DNA from: Patescibacteria group bacterium
GTDB taxonomy: Bacteria; Patescibacteriota; Minisyncoccia; Phycocordibacterales; Phycocordibacteraceae
Reading direction: 5' to 3'
Length of the DNA stretch: 36,177 nt
Assembly: GCA_019744845.1 (NCBI GenBank)
Contig: JAIETW010000001.1
Location: 243,999-280,175, forward strand
Each line of letters starts with the position of its first letter. The stretch's first letter is position 1. The notes under the pieces are model-generated. The model saw only the letters and a list, made by a program, of their open reading frames with translations, was not told the DNA's origin and made no database searches. Below are positions 28,324 to 36,177 of the stretch, piece after piece. The translations under genes were made by a program, and so were the position numbers.

Positions 28324-30291
28324 TTACGAGGCACCACCTCCGCCTCCTCCGCCCCCACCACCTGCGCTCCCCCCTCCACCAGAGGCGCCTGACGCTCCTG
28401 AGCTTGCGAAAGTAGACGCAAAACTTGCACTAAAGCCAGCTGCGAATCCTGCAGCAGAAAAGCTGCTTCCGCCGACTGCCGCATGGTGTCCGTGATACCA
28501 AGACGGCGAGGTCATGGTGAGTGAGGAGAAGGCACGGGCCCACTTTTTCTCTACGCCAAATATCATTGCGTACGGCAGATACTTTTCAAATATATCGGGG
28601 GTCAGATTCGCGAGACGATGCTTCTCTGCAGTTTCTAGGTAGAGCTTGAATCCAAGCCACGCTTCTCGCTGGAGATGTCCTTCGTGACTTAGGCGTGCAT
28701 CAAAGACCACACGAGAGACAATGATGATTGCAGACAAGAGGACCACAATTCCCAGAACAGCAAGAGGCCCGAACACTGCTATCTCAAACTGCACGAGCAG
28801 GTAGATAGCCATGACGATGACAAGTACCACCCCTGCGATCACACCTGCACCCTTCGTAAATTCACCAGACAATGATCGTTCATACGCCTTCGTGTCTTGA
28901 TCAGTTTCTGCGTACAACACTTTCTCTAGTGCGCGCATAGCATAGAACATCTGTCGCTGCTGATCAGGCTTTGTACGAAGCTCTTTCGTTGAGAACGTTT
29001 GTTTCCCCGCAGAGAACAGCGTAGTTAACAATTGCACTTCATACCTCTCAAGTGCACTACGATCTTTCTCTGTGGGGGTAAGCGTATAGTCTTTCTGACG
29101 TATGAGGACTCCAAGACTTTTGCCGATTGCAAATCGTGCAAACAAAACGACAAGTGCAATCACGCCAAACAACTTAAGTCCTGCTTCAAATCCTGACCCG
29201 TTCACACCGAATATAAAGTACGCCATCACAAGAAGCACTACTGCCATAAGAATGTAGGCCACCACACTCCCCCATGAAGTAGATTCCGTTTCTTCTATGG
29301 TGAGATAACCATGGGTTGCAAGATCTACAATAGTGGCAGGCCAGGTGCGACGAGACACTCGCTCATGCACGATGAGTTCTGCCATCGCGGGACGAATGGG
29401 TGCTGGTGGCGCGTATTCAGGGATGATCACTCCACGACCTTTCTTATGTCGCTCGGTGTAGTACCAATGCAGAACGCAGAAAAGAATGCTGAGGATAAAT
29501 ATTCCTGCCGCGACTGGGTATGGCCAGTTACGGCTCCAGAAATACTCCTGATACGCACTCTCATCCACGAGCCCTTTCTGCCAACCAACCGCAATCGTGG
29601 CATCATCTCCTGCGTTAAAGCTATGTGCGCTGAATTTCGCTGACTGCAGACTCACATTTTCTATGCGCTCGCTATGTCTGCCTTGATCGTTGGTATACCA
29701 GACCAACTGAGGCGCTGGCACCTCCCCTGGCATGTGTACCGTCGCATACACGTTATAGACCGGGACGTTGAAGTCAGTGAACAGGTCCCAGTAGAGTTCG
29801 TCATGTGTGTCATAGAACGCGAGCCCTCCATGAACGGTGTAGACGAGTGTCCAGGCTTTATACACTTCTCCCGCCTCACCTGGTGTTTTATCCGAGAGAT
29901 CGTAGTACCACTCAATATTCGTCGCGCCATCCTCTACCCATGTCGTGTACTTCCCCCAGCTGGTGGGATCTTCCTTATCAAGACGCTTTGGTGAATACGT
30001 GAGTGGAAACTCTTCGTCCCCACTACTCTCTAGTACCTGTATCTCGGTAATCTCATCAAGTTGGTCATGTGGAATCGTGCGCCATCCCTGGTGGAAAGAT
30101 CCGTGAAATGAATACACTTGTCGCTCACGAACGGTGAAGGTCGTGTCTTCGTGAATCGTGATGTCGTAATCAAGTACTGCATAGGTGTAGTAGCGCGTCT
30201 CCTGTGCAGCGACCGCTCCCGGCATAAGCAACAAAGCCGCCGCAACTACTGCGACGACTTTCGTGCCCGCTTCTTGGAAGCGGTGAATCAT
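28324..30291 (-). CDS. DUF2207 family membrane protein
   Basis: Signal peptide, DELYWD, EY.PP, ATIVDLA..GYL.I, FEKYLPYAMIFGVEKKW, Gly/Ser-rich tail; lies between lemA and htpX. Confidence 0.88.
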   Translation of the reverse strand: MIHRFQEAGTKVVAVVAAALLLMPGAVAAQETRYYTYAVLDYDITIHEDTTFTVRERQVYSFHGSFHQGWRTIPHDQLDEITEIQVLESSGDEEFPLTYSPKRLDKEDPTSWGKYTTWVEDGATNIEWYYDLSDKTPGEAGEVYKAWTLVYTVHGGLAFYDTHDELYWDLFTDFNVPVYNVYATVHMPGEVPAPQLVWYTNDQGRHSERIENVSLQSAKFSAHSFNAGDDATIAVGWQKGLVDESAYQEYFWSRNWPYPVAAGIFILSILFCVLHWYYTERHKKGRGVIIPEYAPPAPIRPAMAELIVHERVSRRTWPATIVDLATHGYLTIEETESTSWGSVVAYILMAVVLLVMAYFIFGVNGSGFEAGLKLFGVIALVVLFARFAIGKSLGVLIRQKDYTLTPTEKDRSALERYEVQLLTTLFSAGKQTFSTKELRTKPDQQRQMFYAMRALEKVLYAETDQDTKAYERSLSGEFTKGAGVIAGVVLVIVMAIYLLVQFEIAVFGPLAVLGIVVLLSAIIIVSRVVFDARLSHEGHLQREAWLGFKLYLETAEKHRLANLTPDIFEKYLPYAMIFGVEKKWARAFSSLTMTSPSWYHGHHAAVGGSSFSAAGFAAGFSASFASTFASSGASGASGGGGSAGGGGGGGGGGAS

Positions 30292-30294
30292 GAG

Positions 30295-30855
30295 TTAGAA
30301 CGCAACTTTCACTGGCTGACGTGCGGCCTGCTCTCCTTCTTCAAGTTCAAAGAACTCGCGCTTTCCAAACTTGAACATGCCTCCAATGATGTTTCCTGGG
30401 AACTGCTCAAGCGCTGTATTAAGCGCCATGACAGTGCCGTTGTAGAAACGACGTGCGGCCTGAATCTTGTTCTCCGTGTCAGAGAGTTCACGCTGGAGCT
30501 CAAGGAAGTTGGTGTTTGCCTTAAGATCAGGATACGCCTCTGCGATCGCAAAGATAGACTTCAACGCACCAGTAAGCATGTTCTCTGCTTCTGCATGATC
30601 AGCCATGCTTGACGCACCCATGGCTGCGGCGCGTGCATTGGAGACGTTCTCAAATGCTGCCTTCTCATGTGCGGCATATCCCTTCACCGTTTCAATAAGG
30701 TTTGGGATGAGGTCGTAACGGCGCTTCATCTGCACCTCTATATCGCTCCATGCTTCCTTTGCACGGTTCACAAGAGTAATGAAGCCGTTGTAGGCCACAA
30801 TCACCCAGAGCACGAGCACCGCAAGTACGGCGAGCACAATCCAAAGAATGGTCAT
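30295..30855 (-). CDS. lemA: LemA family protein
   Basis: YN......AWSDIEVQMKRRYDLIPNL, EAYPDLKA, ENKIQAARRFYN. Confidence 0.96.
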   Translation of the reverse strand: MTILWIVLAVLAVLVLWVIVAYNGFITLVNRAKEAWSDIEVQMKRRYDLIPNLIETVKGYAAHEKAAFENVSNARAAAMGASSMADHAEAENMLTGALKSIFAIAEAYPDLKANTNFLELQRELSDTENKIQAARRFYNGTVMALNTALEQFPGNIIGGMFKFGKREFFELEEGEQAARQPVKVAF

Positions 30856-30886
30856 AATATCGTTTCGGTTATCCTTCTATTATAGC

Positions 30887-30914
30887 AAAAAGGCTCCATG
30901 TGTGGAGCCTTTTC
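30887..30914 (-). terminator. Intrinsic terminator after groEL
   Basis: aaaaggctcca-tgtg-tggagcctttt perfect inverted repeat with T tails on both strands. Confidence 0.85.
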
Positions 30915-30915
30915 C

Positions 30916-32864
<1,949 letters not shown>

Positions 32865-32990
32865 AAATATAGAGTCGTAAATACGCTTTACCTTATAAAG
32901 CTTTGGGGAATGCCCCTTCTGGGAAGATCCCAGAGACGCTCGCAGTATATTCGTGTGCGTACCTTGTCGCAAGTCGGGTACAATACCGGC

Positions 32991-33965
32991 ATGCAGCCGA
33001 ACTTCATCGAAGGAAAACCCTTCCCTATTCCGCCTGAAAAAGTGCGAGATCTAAAGGAAGATATTGCAAAGCTTATGGCGGGCACCTATGAGATTCCGCC
33101 CGAGCATACTTTCTTAAACTTGTGTGCTCATATGCATGCGTTCAAGACTCGCCTTGTGAATGAGTGGGACGCAGAATCAGTGCCATCTGAAAAACTCTTG
33201 GACGAGTTCACACGTTTGAACGATGCACTCAAACCCGAGAAAAATGCCCTCTTGGCTATCTTCACTTCACAGATTTGGAACGAACCTGAATTTGTGGAAG
33301 ACCGTGCACGACTCCTCCGATATAACGCCGCCATCGCACAGAAGTTAAGTGCATTGGGCGCGCTCTTTTCTGAAGCCTGTGTACGTTGGATAGAAAGTGA
33401 AGAAGCACGATCGCCGTTATATGCCTCAATGATTGCACGCTTTAAAGAAATATATGGCTTTACGAATAGTACACGTCCCCATACGATTCCTGACCGCGTG
33501 ATCACAGAAGTGGTGATGAGTGGTATGTCTACTGCGGAAATCGCTGCGATGAACCTCGCGGACATTGTGATCAGTCACTGCGAAGACCTTGAAGAAAAAG
33601 GAGAGGTGGTAGACCGAGATGAGGCACTACGGGCAATACAACGCGCCTATCGCAATATCGGGATAATGCTAGCCCGGATGAATCAGAACGTTTCGGTTCC
33701 CCTTATGGATGAACTTTGGAGTGATCCTTCATACTTTGAACTTCGCGAAGAGGGCGGTGAGTATGTGCTCTATCTCATACCAACTGACCGCCTCAAGGAA
33801 ATGAAAACTGAAGAAGGTGAATTAGTGTGGGAGACCATGCGCTACGGAGATACGACTGCCTGCCCAGCAATGTATGGTGCTGGGGAACATGGTCCCGTCA
33901 TCACAGAATTCTTCCAAACTGCAGTAGAGTTGATTGGATCTTCAAACGATTTCCCCCAGAAATAG
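32991..33965 (+). CDS. Hypothetical soluble protein
   Basis: Long ORF filling the gap; TACAAT 6 nt before ATG 32991; no recognised family. Confidence 0.75.
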   Translation: MQPNFIEGKPFPIPPEKVRDLKEDIAKLMAGTYEIPPEHTFLNLCAHMHAFKTRLVNEWDAESVPSEKLLDEFTRLNDALKPEKNALLAIFTSQIWNEPEFVEDRARLLRYNAAIAQKLSALGALFSEACVRWIESEEARSPLYASMIARFKEIYGFTNSTRPHTIPDRVITEVVMSGMSTAEIAAMNLADIVISHCEDLEEKGEVVDRDEALRAIQRAYRNIGIMLARMNQNVSVPLMDELWSDPSYFELREEGGEYVLYLIPTDRLKEMKTEEGELVWETMRYGDTTACPAMYGAGEHGPVITEFFQTAVELIGSSNDFPQK

Positions 33966-33969
33966 CACC

Positions 33970-33998
33970 TTGCCGAGGGTCTGCCCCCATGGTATTCT
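33970..33998 (+). promoter_or_regulatory. sigma70-type promoter of secG
   Basis: TTGCCG (33970-33975), 17-nt spacer, TATTCT (33993-33998). Confidence 0.55.
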
Positions 33999-34009
33999 CG
34001 GGGCTACAG

Positions 34010-34240
34010 ATGGAGACACTCAAGGCGATATTGCCATACATAGAGATAACCCTCTCCCTTCTCCTCATCATCGGCATTGTGCTCCAGCAGCGTGGAGCCG
34101 GCCTCGGTGGAGCCTTCGGGGGGGACAATTTCGCAGCGACGTTTTACAAGCGCCGTGGCGCAGAGAAATTCCTTTTCAATGCGACCATAGTTATTGCGCT
34201 CCTGTTCGTCGCCTCAGCAATCGCTGGATTCCTCATCTGA
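34010..34240 (+). CDS. secG: Preprotein translocase subunit SecG
   Basis: Two TM segments, LQQRGAGLGGAFGG, RRGAEKFL. Confidence 0.93.
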   Translation: METLKAILPYIEITLSLLLIIGIVLQQRGAGLGGAFGGDNFAATFYKRRGAEKFLFNATIVIALLFVASAIAGFLI

Positions 34241-34250
34241 ATCCAACCCC

Positions 34251-35966
34251 ATGCCTGGCCAGCTCTCGCGCCTTTTCTCATCTATTTCTCGTTTCTTCTC
34301 CCCGCCGGTTCGGGCGCTTTCAACGCGTCTCGCCACTCTCTCTCCGGGAGATAAGCTCATTGCAAGCGTACTTGGACTTTTCGTACTCATTTCTGGTTTT
34401 ATCGGTCTCTACGCACTAGAGCGTGCTTTTCTTGTAGAAGTACCCGCAAACGGGGGATCTCTAACTGAAGGACTCGTGGGAACACCACGCTTCATCAATC
34501 CCCTTCTCGCACTTTCTGATGCCGATCGTGACCTTACCCGCCTTACCTACGCGGGACTCATGGGTATCGGTGAAGATGGAAATCTCACCCCTGTCCTTGC
34601 CGAATCGTACTCAGTTTCTGAAGACGGAAAGACCTACACCTTCATACTTCGCGAAGATGCAGAATTTTCTGATGGTCGCCCAGTCACCGCAGAAGACATT
34701 GTCTTCACCGTCGGCAAAGCACAGGATCCCGGCCTTAAGAGTCCGGAGCTTTCAAACTGGGCAAACATTCGTGCAGAGGTGGTAGACGCACGCACCGTTT
34801 CTTTCACTCTTCCAAAGGCCTACGCACCGTTTCTTGAAGATACGACACTTGGTATTTTGCCTGCACACCTCTGGCGCAATGTGCCAAATGCAGAATTTCC
34901 ATTTTCTCCTCGCATGGAGAAGCCAATTGGCGCAGGCCCCTTTAAGGTACGGAGCGTTGTCCGTGCAAGTGACGGCACCATTGAGAAGTACGTGCTTGAA
35001 GCGAACAACCGCTACATCCTTGGTCGCCCGTATCTAGATGAGATCACCTTGGTCTTCTTTGACCAGGAAGAAAATCTAGAGAATGCACTTAAGACAGGAC
35101 GCATTGAAAGTGCATACGGCATTGCAACCAAGAACGCACTCTCTGCTCCGTACTCCCGCGTGTTCGGCGTGTTCTTTAACGGAAATGAAAATCCTCTTTT
35201 TGCACGTCCAGAAGTACGCGAAGCCCTTTCTATCGCAATAGATCGTGAAGGCATCATCGCCAACGCACTTGGCGGATACGCCACAGTCGCACAAGGTCCC
35301 GTACCTCCAGGAAGTCTCCCCGCACCTTCTGATCTCATTCTCTCAGAAGAAGAGCGACGCGTCGCAGCCGCAGAAGTGCTTGAAGCGGAAGAATGGGAGT
35401 ACGACGAAGAGACGCGCGCATGGAAGAACGATGGGCTGGTGCTTGAAGTCACTATCAAGACCTCTAATGTTCCTGAACTCAAGGCTGTTGCTTCTGCAAT
35501 ACAAGATCAATGGGGACGCTTTGGTGTTCCTACCTCAATAGAGCTCTATGAGCCGGGGGACCTTACACAGACCGTGATTCGTCCTCGTGCCTTTGATGCC
35601 CTTCTCTTCGGCATGGTGGTGGGTCGTGATCAGGATCTCTTTGCGTTCTGGAATTCATCAGAACGTAACGACCCAGGGCTTAACATATCCATGTACACCA
35701 ATCCGTCCGTGGATCAGCTCCTTGCACAAATCCGTGAAGAAACTGATCCCGAAGAGCGTCAGGAAGCTTTGGAGCGAGTGAACGACCTTATCGCGAGCGA
35801 CTATCCTGCCGCCTTCACACACGCACCAGACTTTTTGTATGCGATTCCCACCGACCTGAGGGGCGTGACACTCACCCGCATTGCCTCTCCGTCTGATCGT
35901 CTGGCGACCGCCGCACACTGGTATCGCCGTACGGAGATGGTGTGGCCGGCGTTTGCACGTGAATAG
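34251..35966 (+). CDS. Peptide ABC transporter substrate-binding protein (family 5, OppA/DppA-like), TM-anchored
   Basis: GG...EG.VG.P..INP, LAESYSVSEDGKTYTF.LR, FSDG.P.TAEDI.FT, PIGAGPF, VREALS.AIDR. Confidence 0.92.
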   Translation: MPGQLSRLFSSISRFFSPPVRALSTRLATLSPGDKLIASVLGLFVLISGFIGLYALERAFLVEVPANGGSLTEGLVGTPRFINPLLALSDADRDLTRLTYAGLMGIGEDGNLTPVLAESYSVSEDGKTYTFILREDAEFSDGRPVTAEDIVFTVGKAQDPGLKSPELSNWANIRAEVVDARTVSFTLPKAYAPFLEDTTLGILPAHLWRNVPNAEFPFSPRMEKPIGAGPFKVRSVVRASDGTIEKYVLEANNRYILGRPYLDEITLVFFDQEENLENALKTGRIESAYGIATKNALSAPYSRVFGVFFNGNENPLFARPEVREALSIAIDREGIIANALGGYATVAQGPVPPGSLPAPSDLILSEEERRVAAAEVLEAEEWEYDEETRAWKNDGLVLEVTIKTSNVPELKAVASAIQDQWGRFGVPTSIELYEPGDLTQTVIRPRAFDALLFGMVVGRDQDLFAFWNSSERNDPGLNISMYTNPSVDQLLAQIREETDPEERQEALERVNDLIASDYPAAFTHAPDFLYAIPTDLRGVTLTRIASPSDRLATAAHWYRRTEMVWPAFARE

Positions 35967-36066
35967 AAGGTAGTGGGCACAGATACTCACATTTTGCCCA
36001 CTTCCCACTGTTCGCGGTATTCTAGAAACACTTACTCAACTACTACTCACTAACCTGACCCGATTT

Positions 36067-36177
36067 ATGTCTTCAGCACCAGCTCCAGCACCTGCGCCCG
36101 CTTCTGGCGGCGCACCAAGCCGCCCAACCGGCCCGCAAAGCGATCGTCCTCGCCCACCATTCCGTGGTGAACGTGGA
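36067..36177 (+). CDS. 5' end of a CDS with a low-complexity Pro/Ala/Arg-rich N-terminus (partial)
   Basis: ATG 36067, MSSAPAPAPAPASGGAPSRPTGPQSDRPRPPFRGERG, open to the window edge; TATTCT upstream. Confidence 0.6.
   Translation, partial: MSSAPAPAPAPASGGAPSRPTGPQSDRPRPPFRGERG

Noticed and set aside
28324-28480. GC-rich low-complexity tract
   Set aside because: Encodes the usual Gly/Ser tail of DUF2207 proteins.
35973-36003. agtgggca...tgcccact inverted repeat after the substrate-binding protein gene
   Set aside because: Large loop and no U-tract; too weak to call a terminator or operator.

Overview
Gene-dense bacterial chromosome segment (genetic code 11) whose gene set and style suggest a CPR/Patescibacteria (Parcubacteria-like) organism; the taxonomy is inferred. 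It carries housekeeping genes (ahcY, tsaC, tsaD, valS, lepA, murJ, groES/groEL, secG, htpX, lemA, ribE, ribH, a stand-alone riboflavin kinase), five tRNAs (Val-GAC, Phe-GAA, Arg-CCT, Gly-CCC, Ser-GGA) and the RNase P RNA. A large Thr/Ser/Gly-rich surface protein at the left edge is split by a -1 frame break and contains a 588-nt internal duplication. Main oddities: (i) tRNAs abut coding sequences. The last A of the CCA of tRNA-Gly and tRNA-Ser is the A of the next ATG, and tRNA-Gly and tRNA-Arg begin at the first base after a stop codon, resembling mitochondrial tRNA punctuation. (ii) Many genes have a -10 hexamer only 6-11 nt before ATG, implying leaderless or very short-leader mRNAs. (iii) An AT-rich HTH + LAGLIDADG-like (YWGEG) ORF is flush with tRNA-Arg. 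(iv) The groES leader has three hairpins and no CIRCE. No integrase, transposase or CRISPR array was seen.
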